A stretch of DNA of 64,000 bases from Macrostomum lignano (Eukaryota), in contig NIVC01000202.1 of the NCBI GenBank assembly GCA_002269645.1, forward strand, positions 248,001 to 312,000. Reading direction: 5' to 3'. The notes beneath the pieces are model-generated. The model saw nothing but the letters and a program-made list of their open reading frames with translations, did no database searches and was not told the origin of the DNA. Position numbers and translations under genes: made by a program. Shown piece after piece: positions 24,349 through 37,490 of the stretch (its first letter is position 1; each line of letters begins with the position of its first letter).

Positions 24349-25205
24349 CCGCAGATATCGGGACACACCCACCTCACTCCGCAGATATCGGGACACACCC
24401 ACCTCACTCCGCAGATATCTGGACACACCCACCTCACTCCGCAAAATTCTGGACACACCCACCTCACTCCGCAGATATCGAGACACACCCGCCTCACTCC
24501 GCAAAATTCTGGACACACCCACCTCCGCAAAATTCGGGACACACCCACCTCACTCTGCAAAATTCAGGACACACCCACCTCACTCCGCAGATATCGGGAC
24601 ACACCCGCCTCACTCCGCAGATATCGGGACACACCCACTTCACTCCGCAGATATCTGGACACACCCACCTCACTCCGCAGATATCGAGACACACCCACCT
24701 CACTCCGCAGATATCGAGACACACCCACCTCACTCCTCAGATATCGGGACACACCCACCTCACTCCGCAGATATCGAGACACACCCACCTCACTCCGCAG
24801 ATATCGAGACACACCCACCTCACTCCTCAGATATCGGGACACACCCACCTCACTCCGCAGATATCTGGACACACCCACCTCACTCCGCAGATATCGAGAC
24901 ACACCCACCTCATTCCTCAGATATCGGGACACACCCACCTCACTCCGCAGATATCAGGACACACCCACCTCACTCCGCAGATATCGAGACACACCCACCT
25001 CATTCCTCAGATATCGGGACACACCCACCTCACTCCGCAGATATCAGGACACACCCACCTCACTCCGCAGATATCGAGACACACCCACCTCATTCCTCAG
25101 ATATCGGGACACACTCACCTCACTCCGCAGATATCAGGACATGACCTCACTCCGCAGATATCTGGACACACCCACCTCACTCTGCAAAATTCGGGACACA
25201 CCCAA
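24349..25205. repeat. 30-bp minisatellite (CCGCAGATATCGGGACACACCCACCTCACT), ~28 copies
   Basis: Direct reading. It produces the 341-aa TPQISGHTHL pseudo-ORF. Confidence 0.96.
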
Positions 25206-25332
25206 CTCACAAAAAGCCAGAAAAGCAACATACTCAGTCCTATTGGACATACTTCGTATTTATCATCAATTGTGAACACATGTATAGCGCAAAAACAAAT
25301 ATTACTTTCAATATACAAAAAGCTACGCCTCC

Positions 25333-28300
25333 TCAGTAGACGATAACCTCGCACAGGGCCGTTTTGAACTGCCAACGGCGAGAGTAAGCCATCCTGCTGC
25401 CCCGGGCCTGCAAATAGACATAGCGGCCGTTCATCAGACGCGAGCAGGGCACGTGAATTCGCGGCTGGAATGAAGAAGTTTGGTGGAAGTTCACAGTGAG
25501 GCTACTCTACGAGCTAAAATCGAAAAAAACCCGATGAGTTATCTTATGTTGTCAGCAAAATGGTCAGAAATGTTTCTATCTCGGTAGAGTATTTAGAAGT
25601 TAGATAGAATGCATGCAAAGATGGATGCCGCTCACCCGCTGCAGAGCCCAGTTCAAGCTGCGAATCGTTCCGCAATGCAGCCTCTCAGGCAGGCCAGTTT
25701 TACCCTTTCTTTTCTTCAACTCTCGGTCGTCATTTAATTTCTTTTTGGCGACGCGTGTCCTGTTGCGTCGGTTCCTTTTACGCTTTCGTTTCTTCGATCC
25801 TCGGTCGTCACTGAACTTCCTCTTGGCTACGTACACCTCCAGTCTGTCCAGATTGTCAAGGTGGCGAGTCAGGCTGGCGCCGATGCCTGCAGGGATTGTC
25901 ATTTGATTTTTTTAATTTGGCTTCATTCTGGTGCTTTACTGGTACTGCCAGGGCTAAGGTTGTTGATTTCATTGTAGTTTTATCGACCGATCGAACTTGC
26001 AGTACGCTGGGGCGTTCGAATATTAATTTAATTGTCACCAAAATTCACTCCTTTCTACTTTTAGTAAGCGATTACTATTATAGCTTTTTGCAGTCTATTT
26101 GGGCCTACGCGCAATTTAATTTAATCCAAGATAAGTTTGCCAATGTAATGGAGCTCTTGTCTATGGTAGCAAGGCTGGCAAAGCGGCATTTAATTTGGTC
26201 CAACATGCATCAATTTGGTCCAAACGCTCGTGAGCCATTCGGGAAATTCTTGCCTTCTCGCAACCGTCTGCAGGTTGTTGGGTACGCCTGGAATATCAAC
26301 AACAGCAACAACAACAGAATACCTACAATTTTCAGTCGCTTTTCCAGAGCTCTGCTGATAGTCGAAATCTGATAACCAACTGGAGCTGTTCCTTCAACTT
26401 TGCTGCATTTCTGCACCGTCAACAGAGGGTTCGTCTGCACTGCATCGAGTAGCAGCTGGACCTGAGGCTCTCGAGCAACTTGCCTTGGTGATTGCCACCT
26501 TAGAAAATACTCGTAGAAAGTTAAAGCTGTCAGAAATAGCTGTAAAAAGCCTATGATCTACCCAAAGTAGCCTGGAATAATTCCAGCATGTAATCAACTC
26601 ACTGGAATCGTTCAGACCAGTGTAGATGAATACTCCCTGCACTGGCTGACGGGTCTTTAGATCAACTACCCAGGCCGGCACGTTCACCTCAGCGTTGCTA
26701 AGGACATCGCACGAGTGCCTGGCAACAACGCCGTCAACAGCCTTGTTAGAGGGCAGATCCGGCTGCCAGCTATTCCTGCTGCCCAGGTGTCGCTTCCGGT
26801 GCTTCCCGCCGCCACCGCCGCCGTCGCCTGCGTCGTTTACGTAGGCGTTTTTGCCGAAAGCCAGGTTGCCTTGACAACGCGTGGCGTTGTTGACCCGAAA
26901 ATAGCCGGGGCCGCAGGCGCCCCGGTGCGGACAGCCGTACACTCCGGCTCGCATGGAGATGTGGCGGTGCCAGGTGACCGGATGGAAGCGGATGTAGCGA
27001 GTCACGAACGGCTTGCTGAGGTAGTGCACCCGTTCCGTGTTGCGGTCTGAGTTGCCGCCGAATATCTTCACGGGGGGGAATGGAGGTTGGAAATCTTGCT
27101 AGCCTGATGGTTCGCTTGCGATAATTAAAAAGAAGATTTAGTAAGATCAGTTCAACGGCAATATTTTTTCGGACACTTAATGATTACTTTTAAATTATGG
27201 TTTGTATCTTATTTAGCTTAGTTTGATTTATTCAAGAAGAAATATCTATAGTCTATGGTCGCAAGTGGGGCTTCACTCCGACACCCCCATTCCGGCCGCA
27301 CACTGAATTTTACACTAGTAGTGGGACTTACGCATAGATGTCTATGGTAATATGCATCTCTATGGTGCTATCAAATTGTATGGTACTGTATCGATGTCTA
27401 TATCACATAAATGTCTATGGTACTATACAAGTCTATGGTACTATACATGTCTATGGTACTAATCGTAAGTATAGATGTCTAAATCCTTAATCCTTGGAGT
27501 TTTTAATTCATTTAATTTCCTCTAAAATGTAGATCGTCTCATTTCACCGACACACGCGGAGTCTCCTGCCGTGCATGAAATTCTCTTATCTTTCAATAGG
27601 GGTCGCCGCCAAGAACCGAAGAGCGTCATACTGGTACCAATAATTATGATTAACGATTGAAATTAGTCTGCAAAGCTATGGTCTGGCGAACACTGGCTCA
27701 GTCAGAAAATTTATAAACCTGCAATTATTTCTGCATTAAGCCAGTCGTCAATTTCATGCGAACGTTCATCAATCAAACATTGTTGAAATCAAGGGCAATT
27801 AATTTCATTCGGCTGTCATGCAACAAGCCGCAACTCACTGTGCTGACTAACTTCTACGGCTAAGCCGAGGGTTGTGACTTACCGTCTTTCTTCAACTTAC
27901 TAGAGGCTTCCATTAACATACTGTCGTACACTTACTGCCACCTTTGACTATTTTTTCTCTTCGCTTCTAGTAAAATGCTTTTACAAGCCATGCAATGCAG
28001 TTTTTCAAAACTTTTCTCTCTACATTCGGACTCTGTCGGCGCATTAAGAATCTTGTCAGTCAGCCCGTCTGTCCGCCTGTTGCAGTTGTTAACGCGCTTC
28101 GGAACAAGTTTAGGCAGATGTACGTCCCGTGCTTTTTCCCCTCTTCCAACTTTGCTTCACTACTTATTGCGACCTCACTCTCCCTCTCTCTTCTCTTTCA
28201 CTTCTCTATCTCATCTCATCTCTTATCCTCTTATCTTGTCTCTCTCCCTCTAATCTCGTGTCTTCTTATATCTCTAATCTCTTCTCTCTTTCTCCGAGTT

Positions 28301-31300
28301 TCTTTGCCATAACCAGCATTCCGGGCTGTGGATAAATCTAATCAAATATAAGCACAGTTTACAGAGGGAATTTATTAGCGAATAAGAATATTAGTTTCTA
28401 ATATTACATTCGAGCTAAAGTGGTTGAGAAACGGCTTAAATGCAGCAGCAACTAACTAAAGTTAATTGAGGTCGGTTCTAATAATTGCTTTTAGCAATGA
28501 CAGCTCTCGATTATAGCTAAACCAGTTTACATATAGCTGAGAAACTTCAATTTTGTAGCAAACAAATCTTGCAACATACTTTGCACCCTGTCTTTTCTGT
28601 GCGAATATTGGAACTGGTGACGCCTAACAGCCCAATGTCTCTCACTCTCTCCTATCTCCTCTTCGCCCCCTCTCCGCCCCTCTCCGCCCACTCTCCGCCC
28701 CTCTCCGCCCACTCCCCGCCCACTCTCCGCCCCTCTCCGCCCCTCTCCGCCCACTCTCCGCCCCTCTCCGCCCACTCTCCGCCCCTCTCCGCCCCTCTCC
28801 GCCCATTCTCCGCCCCTCTCCGCCCCTCTCCGCCCACTCTCCGCCCACTCTCCGCCCCTCTCCGCCCCTCTCCGCCCATTCTCCGCCCCTCTCCGCCCCT
28901 CTCCGCCCCTCTCCGCCCACTCTCCGCCTCCTCTCCACCCCCTCTCCACCCACTTTCTGCCCCTCTCCACCCACTCTCCGCCCCCTCTCCGCCCCTCTCC
29001 GCCCCTCTCCGCCCCTCTCCGCCCCTCTCCGCCCACTCTCCGCCTCCTCTCCACCCCCTCTCCACCCACTTTCTGCCCCTCTCCACCCACTCTCCGCCCC
29101 CTCTCCGCCCCTCTCCACCCCCCTCTCCGCCCCTCTCCGCCCACTCTCCGCCCCCTCTCCGCCCCTCTCCACCCCCTATCCGCCCCTCTCCACCCACTCT
29201 CCACCCACTCTCCGCCCCCTCTCCCTCTCCGCCCCTCTCCACCCACTCTCCGCCCCCTCTCCCTCTCCGCCCCTCTCCACCCACTCTCCGCCCCCTCTCC
29301 GCCCCCTTGTGAGCACCCTGGCGCAACGCGTTCGGCGACACCATTGCTAAGACAATTCTGCTCAATTCCGCTGACTTCCGCTTGTACAGCGGCCCTTTGA
29401 CTTTCTAATGGTCAGGCATGTACACTCCCTGTGCCGTTGGGGGGTGAAGGTGGTTGGGCCTCATGGCTGTAAATCGCTCGACAGCCCCCAGCGGTCAATT
29501 TTCGTGCGCACAGACACCAAATGAATGCGGCCGCGCATTCAATCGAACCAACCGAGAGGTCGTGGAGCGAGAGTCAGATGCGCCTACCGCTGAGCTGCTC
29601 TGCCCGTGGCTATTATGCCAAATAGCAGTGAAGCTGATGAAGGAGGTTCCTCTCCAGATTCAAAGTCTAGTACTTTGTGACCCACCAGACCCGGTTCCAG
29701 TTTTAGTTGCTAATCGCAGACTGCATGATTCCGTCGCAACAGAAAGCAAGCGTCTCATTGTTAGAAGTAGAAGTTGATGGATGAATGCATATGTCCATGA
29801 CTAGCTGTAGCTATTTACATTGTGGCGATATTTTATGCAGTCATTCAATTAATACAGTTACTGCTATTTATCTACGAGTACATAAACCATTAATTATTAC
29901 TGAAAGCCGTCAGCAAGCAATGAAAGCAATTGTTCAGTAGATCAATGCATTAGTACTAAATCAACAATCGACCAATCAGATTTCAAGCTACAAGCGGAAG
30001 AATCAGAAACAAAAATAATCGTTGCGCAAATCGATTCTTCAATCTGATAGGCTGGCTCCATTGGCCAATCAGGTTCAAGCTGGCTAGCATAGCTGCACTG
30101 GTAATATTAGAGTTCAACTTACAGTCCCATTCTCTGTCAGGTAGAAACTCCTTTCCTCCTGGATTGAACCGGCGCAGGTTGGTTGGCGTGCATATTTTGG
30201 TTTGATAATGTATTGATTTTTTTATTATACGAATCTAAAAGACTGGGAAAGTTGGGAAGAATGCGCGATGGATGCGGATGGAGAGTGGACTGGTTCTCGA
30301 CCAGATCTTACCCTGGGACTCTGGTGGGCAGCGTCCTTGTAATAGGTCCACAGCCTCTCGTCATTGCTGTAGGCTATCCTGTAGGCGGTCACCCAGGCGT
30401 TGCCTTTGCCGTCGCCTCGGCCCTTGGTGACCAGGCCGGTCACCTTGGTGGGAGGACCGAGGTCGAGCTGCAGCCACTGATTGCCTGACAAGCAGGGATT
30501 GAGTGGACAAGAATTGATTATATTCGATATTCTTGAAGTCTTGGTATTCAATTATGAGTTTCAGCGTACAATAGTAAGCGGAAAGTGCACGAATATGACG
30601 TCGCTTGGTCTGAGTCTAAAAGCCCTATTGAGCACACTGTGTTCAAGTGTCCAAAGGACTAAAAGTAAAAAGCAGCAGAAGAAATAGTGAAAGCAGGGTT
30701 CGTTTGAAGAACAATGAAATTCGAGTTTTTACTTCGTAATTACGGCGAGAGGGGACCTGCTATGCTGTCGTTCTACGAGTATAACATGTTGCGTGCATGC
30801 GTGCAACTCAAGTCTTGAACTGGACTTGGAGACTGTCTGGCCGCCCAGTAGCCTCTCAGTTAAAAGTATTTAGAAGATTAGTACCAAACAACTAAGAAAG
30901 ACGACATCTTTTCAGAAGGCAATCGGACTGCTTGTATCCGCTCTAAATCATTCACACCTGAACTCACGCATGAACTCATGCATGAACTCATTTATGAACT
31001 CGCACATGAACTCACTCATGAACTCACGCATGAACTCACTCATGAACTCACTAATGAAATCACTCATGAAGTCACTCATGAAGTCACTCATGAAGTTACT
31101 CATGAACTCAGTCAAAAACCCATAAACTCACGCATGAACTCACTCATAAACTCACGCATAAACTCACTTATGAACTTATTTATGAAGTCACTCATGAACT
31201 CACTAATGAAATCACTCATGAACCCAGTCAACAACCCATGAACTCACTCATGAACTCACCTTGAACTCATCAACTTTTGAACTCACGCATGAATTTCATT

Positions 31301-34300
31301 CAATTTAACTTCATAAGTTCATATCGAAGCTTAAACTTTGGTTTTTATCGTCTGTCACTCACTATTTATTATTTTGGCGCACCAGCCTTTATTAGTGAGG
31401 ATGTGGCCATAGGACGGGTCGCAAGTGCGCTTCCGATTTCGGCCGCGGGCGCTGGAAGCAGACAGCCGATCGTAAGGTGGCACCGACAGCAGTTGCTTGC
31501 ACGCTGCGGGAGGGCGTTTGGTGGTTATGGGATAGAAAAAGAGAGGCACAGACTGGACTGTACACGCAATGTACACTAAATGAACTTGGCTGGGTTAGAA
31601 AAGGGCCGATAAGCTTCAGTTGAGGGGGTTGGTGCAATTATAGATTACACTAAATGAACTTGGATGGGTTAGAAAAGGGCCGATAAGCTTCAGTTGAGGG
31701 GGTTGGTGCAATTATAGATTACACTAAATGAGCTTGGCTGGGTTAGAAAAGTGCTGCCACTTGATCTCCGTCACTCACGCTGACATCCAATTATCTCCAT
31801 TCGCATGCTAGGATGGCGGCGAAACTTGACGGGATGCAGTCGAATAAAGCGAGCCCGCACTGGCTGGTCAAAGTAGTTGTGCTTCACCGAGTACGAGTCC
31901 ACGTTGCCGTCGAATACGCGCTGAGTACCTAAATGGGTGTCCACGTAGTTCCACTTGTTGGCATCCTGGCTGTAGGTCACCCTGTAAGCGGTGATCCATT
32001 CTTTTCCGTCTCCACGGCCCTGAGTCATTACTCCCGTGACTAGAGCTTCAACTCCCAGATCGACCTGCGAAGAAAGGATAAAAAACTCTTTAAGAGAGAA
32101 CATACTGAAATACGCTTCGATGCATTCATATCAAGAATCTTGGAATACTGCTCACCTGCAGCCACTCCGAAGTGCCCTTCTGTTGAGCGCACCAGGAGCG
32201 CCCGTTAGGCAGGTACAGTCGGCCGTACTTCTCTTGGCAGTACAGCGCGTCAAGGGACGGAAAAGTCGAACTGGCCGTGATCTGCCAGTCCCGGATCTCG
32301 CCCGTGATCATGCCGAGCGGCCCGTCCTGGGAGCACTCTTGGGATGGAGAAGTGAATTTGTCTGCGTTTTCTGTAACTCAGGGCTGCAATGGCTACTGAA
32401 TTGCAAGCTTCTTGACTGGTTGGTTCCTGTTCAAAAATTTGTCTGCCGGTAAGTGTGTCCTAGCGTCTCAGTGTGTGTCTCTTCAGTGTAGCGTCTCTTT
32501 GCGTCTTAAAATTAAGGCTCGTTCACAACGTTTACACTGGTAACAATTGAGACCAATTGTACTGTCTTTGCATCTGTGTCAGCCTCTTGGTGCCGTGTCT
32601 GCGCCTAAGCATCTGTGTCTCAGCCTCTTGGTGCCATGTCTGCGCCTAAGCGTCTGTGCGTCTGTCTTAGCCTCTTGGTGCCATGTCTGCGCCTAAGCAT
32701 CTGTGTCTCAGCCTCTTGGTGCCATGTCTGCGCCTAAGCGTCTGTGCGTCTGTCTCAGCCTTTTGGTGCCATGCCTGCGCCTAAGCGTCTGTGCGTCTGT
32801 GTCTTAGCCTCTTGGTGCCATGTCTGCGCCTAAGCGTCTGTGCGTCTGTGTCTTAGCCTCTTGGTGCCATGTCTGCGCCTAAGCGTCTGTGCGTCTGTGT
32901 CTTAGCCTCTTGGTGCCATGTCTGCGCCTAAGCATCTGTGTCAGCCTCTTGATGCCATGTCTGCGCCTAAGCATCTGTGTCTTAGCCTCTTGGTGCCATG
33001 TCTGCGCCTAAGCGTCTGTGCGTCTGTGTCTTAGCCTCTTGGTGCCATGTCTGCGCCTAAGCGTCTGTGCGTCTGTGTCTTAGCCTCTTGGTGACATGTC
33101 TGCGCCTAAGCGTCTGTGCGTCTGTGTCTTAGCCTCTTGGTGACATGTCTGCGCCTAAGCGTCTGTGCGTCTGTGTCTTAGCCTCGTGGTGACATGTCTG
33201 CGCCTAAGCGTCTGTGTCTTAGCCTCTTGGTGCCATGTCTGCGCCTAAGCGTCTGTGTCTAAGCCTCTTTGGTGCCATGTCTGCGCCTAAGCGTCTGTGT
33301 CTTAGCCTCTTGGTGCCATGTCTGCGCCTAAGCGTCTGTGTCTTAGCCTCTTTGGTGCCATGTCTGCGCCTAAGCGTCTGTGTCTTAGCCTCTTGGTGCC
33401 ATGTCTGCGCCTAAGCGTCTGTGTCTTAGCCTCTTGGTGCCATGTCTGCGCCTAAGCATCTGTGTCAGCCTCTTGATGCCATGTCTGCGCCTAAGCATCT
33501 GTGTCTTAGCCTCTTGGTGCCATGTCTGCGCCTAAGCGTCTGTGCGTCTGTGTCTTAGCCTCTTGGTGCCATGTCTGCGCCTAAGCGTCTGTGTAGTGTT
33601 CGTAGTGTCTTCGTGCGTCCGAATAGCGGCTCTTTAATGTTTTGGTTTCTCCCATCATAGCCTGTGTCTTATTGCCTGTCTCCAATCCGACACTGCGCGC
33701 AAGCCCCATCAAGACAAGAATTACTGTGGAGCCATTTAGACCAGCCGAAACAAACTGTTGGAATGAAAGAGAAACGAAGAAGCAAACTGTTTGCGACCCT
33801 CCGCCTGCGCAATACGAGTGGAGTGACTAAGCGATAAAAACAGAAAGCGGTGAATTTATGCGCCAGAACTTTTTGTTGGCGACAAACAGCCGGTGGATGT
33901 CGCAGCATCCGTCCTCGATTCCAACTGACTTTGCGGCTCGTGCGCCCATCATTAGGATGTCGGGAACTCCAAAAGGGACAACTTCTAACTGGATTGCTGC
34001 GGATATAACAGACGCAGCGCCAGGATGCTTAACTCTTGGAGCTTTCATTGCACTGTCTTTTGATGCTTCTTCCCTTTGATGTACCACAGTATTTTACTGT
34101 TAAATCTTTGACACTCTGGTAAATGCCATCTCTCTCTGCATTCACCTCTGCAACTGGAACATGTTCTTTGCCGATATCCTCCACTGATCGTCTTTGCAAT
34201 CTCTTTCCCCCCCCTCTGTCTCATTTTCCCTCTTCCCTCCGTCTTACCACTCCTCTCCCTCTTTTACTTCTTCTGTCCTCTCCTCTCCTCTCCTCTCCTC

Positions 34301-35599
34301 TCCTCTCCTCTCCCTCTCCTCTCCTCTCCTCTCCTCTCCTCTCCTCTCCTCTCCTCTCCTCTCCTCTCCTCTCCTCTCCTCTCCTCTCCTCTCCTCTCCT
34401 CTCCTCTCCTCTCCTCTCCTCTCCTCTCCTCTCCTCTCCTCTCCTCTCCTCTCCTCTCCTCTCCTCTCCTCTCCTCTCCTCTCCTCTCCTCTCCTCTCCT
34501 CTCCTCCTCTCCTCTCCTCTCCTCTCCTCTCCTCTCCTCTCCTCTCCTCTCCTCTCCTCTCCTCTCCTCTCCTCTCCTCTCCTCTCCTCTCCTCTCCTCT
34601 CCTCTCCTCTCCTCTCCTCTCCTCTCCTCTCCTCTCCTCTCCTCTCCTCTCCTCTCCTCTCCTCTCCTCTCCTCTCCTCTCCTCTCCTCTCCTCTCCTCT
34701 CTCTCTCCTCTCCTCTCCTCTCCTCTCCTCTCCTCTCCTCTCCTCTCCTCTCCTCTCCTCTCCTCTCCTCTCCTCCTCTCCTCTCCTCTCCTCTCCTCTC
34801 CTCTCCTCTCCTCTCCTCTCCTCTCCTCTCCTCTCCTCTCCTCTCCTCTCCTCTCCTCTCCTCTCCTCTCCTCTCCTCTCCTCTCCTCTCCTCTCCTGTC
34901 CTCTTCTCCAAACTATCTCTCATAATTAGAAAGTCATTATTTTCCCAATATCTTTGTCTGGCATCGGCAAACTATATCCTTGCGTCTGGTCCAGGACGAT
35001 AGCAACCCGAGCTTCTAGGCCGCGAATTCAAGCCGTAAATTGATTTTAATTGTACATCAGGACAATTTTTCGATGCACCTGTTCTGGAAATTAAGCCCCT
35101 ATTAGCAAGCCTTTCGAAGTTTTAAAGTTTCAGACTCATCTAACATCGACAGCTTTGGATCCTGTTACAACTGCAGAGTTGGAAAACACTGCGCCCCAAA
35201 GTGCTCTATCCTGCTACTCTCCTCTACTTGTCCATCTTAATTCACCGAGAACTGCACGCTGAGAGCTGCTGACAGAGAGATATGGTCGAGCTCCTGACAC
35301 GGTGGTGGTTTTGGGATTAACAACGAAAGGGATTATAAATTAGTAACGAGGCTGGGAAAGTGGAAGCAGAAATTTTCCGATGGGGTTTTCGAAGGATTAC
35401 CAAACAGCTTTTCATTTTGCTCGTATTTTCCAGCGATGGGAGATTACAGAGAGGACTTAGATGATCGGGGTAATTAGCTATCGGGTGTCCAGTCTCTGAG
35501 CGTCATCATCATCTCACCGAGGTCGTCGGCTTGCACGAACGTTGCTCCGACAGCCGCTAGCAGCAGCAGCAGCAAAGCCTCATGGCCGCGCGTAGTCAT
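25333..35599 (-). CDS. Secreted protein (~569 aa): signal peptide, 2x discoidin (FA58C), short Cys linker and F-type lectin (FTP)-like domain; exons 35599-35518, 32337-32156, 32064-31779, 31503-31363, 30484-30312, 27065-26603, 25886-25636, 25464-25333
   Basis: Signal peptide MTTRGHEALLLLLLAAVGATFVQA. FA58C motifs: CSQDGPLGM...QITASS...WCA...WLQVDLG...VMTQGR...MRMEIIGC, and WLQLDLG...VTKGR...RYIRFHP...MRAGVYGC. FTP motifs: NLAFGK, KAVDG, WVVDL, GRYV, LCEVIVY*. All seven introns are GT-AG with matching phases, and the total of 1710 nt is divisible by 3. Confidence 0.88.
27335..27460. repeat. Short degenerate tandem of GTCTATGGTACTATAC-like units
   Basis: GTCTATGG at 27340, 27413, 27431 and 27449. 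Confidence 0.7.
28650..29305. repeat. C-rich ~11-bp minisatellite (CTCTCCGCCCC and variants), intronic
   Basis: Direct reading. It generates the Pro/Ser and Gly/Arg pseudo-ORFs. Confidence 0.95.
29305..29607 (-). mobile_element. tRNA-headed SINE copy
   Basis: The minus strand reads GAGCAGCTCAGCGGTAGGCGC...GGTTGGTTCGATTGAA (A/B-box-like), followed by the shared core AGTGTACATGCCTGACCATTAGAAAGTC...GCGCCAGGGTGCTCACAA. Confidence 0.7.
30955..31290. repeat. 12-bp minisatellite (CATGAACTCACT), intronic
   Basis: Direct reading. Confidence 0.9.
31572..31750. repeat. 74-bp tandem duplication (~2.4 copies), intronic
   Basis: TACACTAAATGA at 31572, 31646 and 31720. Confidence 0.9.
32570..33593. repeat. 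~40-49-bp minisatellite (GTCTGTGTCTTAGCCTCTTGGTGCCATGTCTGCGCCTAAGC), intronic
   Basis: Direct reading. Units vary in the number of GTCTGTGC sub-repeats. Confidence 0.95.
34277..34896. repeat. (CTCCT)n pentanucleotide microsatellite
   Basis: Direct reading. Confidence 0.98.
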
Positions 35600-37417
35600 A
35601 GCGTTTGCTCTCCCAGCTTCTGCAATTGAGTTGAACAATTCAACATTATTTCTCGTTTCTCAAGTACAGTTGGACTAGAAATTTTCTCTAATAGATATTT
35701 AACAGCTGCTAGCTAATGCAACTGGGAGCAGGGCAGCCCCGGTCCGAGTCCTTATCTCTCCCATGCATCTCGGGTCGCAGTCTGGCTGGTGCCAACAAGT
35801 CGCCTCTCTCTCTCCGGCTTTGTCAATTTGGAGATCTTTTCTCTCGAGCAGTTTCTATGAGGCCAGAGCAGTGCTCAACAATCAAAGCCAGGCGCCAGAC
35901 AACCGCCCCCACCCCCTTATTGTCTGGCACCTTCTGCCGAGGGCCTCAGCTCGCCCTGATGCGGCAAGCGATGGGGCTCAGGTAGGGAGGATTCTGACTC
36001 TCCAGAGGCTGTTAAAAGGCTTCTTTTCTGGCAGGCTTGAGTAGTTTGAGTAGCTTAATAGTGCCAGATAAAGATAACTGGGCAAGCTGGAGCAGATCGC
36101 GAGTCGAGATAAAGGGATGCTAAAAAAGCTGGAACAGGTGCCCTCAGGTAGATATAGAGACAGTTTTGTCAGGGACAATCAAAGTTACCCATCTGTTGTA
36201 GATGGAATCTTTCTAATCCAAAATTTATTGTTTAACAATTATTATACTGTAACCAAGGCGCGTTAACAGAGTCACTGTTTGCAGATAGAATTATTTGACA
36301 GATTGAAAGGCCTGTTTAAATTATCACTTGGGGCTTTATTGGCGCGTTTGTACGTGTTCAGGGGTCAGGGGAATGGGCAGAGTTGCGTGGACACAACCCA
36401 GGGAAAAGAATGAAAAAATGGTTGCATAGAGTAGGGAGAAGTTAGGGAGATGGAGAAGCACAGTATAATCTGAGGGAGAATGGGAGAACTGAGATCAGCA
36501 AAAGTCCAACAAAACAATTCCCGAAATGCTCCGAATCGGAACTCCACCAGCTGGATGGCAACGAGGCCCAGCACCCAAGCAAGTGTCGCATGAACTTGAC
36601 CCAAACGACCCCAAGGAAAGAAGTGCGCGCGATTTTTCTCACAAAGTTTGGAATAGTGGTTTTAGGGGGGGGGGTTGTGGCAATAAAATACTTTATGCTG
36701 TGGCGGCAAGTTGTACAAATTATAATTCGCTTGGCCGGCCTTTGTCACTTTGCCGCGTCAAAACTTGTCCGGCTTTATCTCTGCGCGATTGTCTATAGTG
36801 GACTCGAGAGGCGTGAGACAGTCTGCTGGGGTTTCTGCTTGCACAAACTGCGCGGGAGACTGCCAACTGATAAGGGACGCTCTCCGCAGGCAAAAGGCAC
36901 TGCTGCTGCATGTATTATATTCTTCTTTCGCGGGAACTGCGAGAAAGAAAGCGCGCCGTTTCTAAAAAAATTTTTTTGCAGAAAAAGTGCCGATTAAGCT
37001 AATTCTGTTAACACCGCTCCCTCGAATGCCCAGTGCAGGTTTGTAAAGCGACTTCATTGTCAGGGTGCTGGGGTGTGAATGAGGTGTGCGTGTTTGTGTG
37101 TGTGCTTGGAGCAGATATCGCTCTCACAGAGGATAGCACTACTCTTCACACAGTCATTTTGCTGCCCCGAAGTTAAAACGTTAGAGTTAAGGGTGCACAC
37201 AACATTCTCTCGAAGTTGGTTAAGGAGCAGTTTAGCTTTTATGGCGAGAGGTAAGAAATATCAACTTGATGAGGACCAGCGGGATTTTAGACGACGGGAC
37301 TCTAACCAATGCCGCCTCAGAAGCTCTTGAGTTAAAGAAGATGGGAGAAACTATAGAAATGTGGTGCACCTAGAGGCTGAAGGAGAGGGTGGGTAGCGAG
37401 AGATACAGACAGAAAGA

Positions 37418-37431
37418 GAGAGAGAGACAGA

Positions 37432-37490
<59 letters not shown>

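Noticed and set aside
26210-26550. Extra exon of the discoidin/FTP gene
   Set aside because: The frame is open, but skipping it gives a contiguous FTP domain (GLNDS-SIG...LEVYV) and it carries no lectin motifs.
33642-34087. Extra exon between the signal peptide and the first discoidin domain
   Set aside because: The signal exon splices directly in phase to ECSQDGPLG, and there is no motif support.
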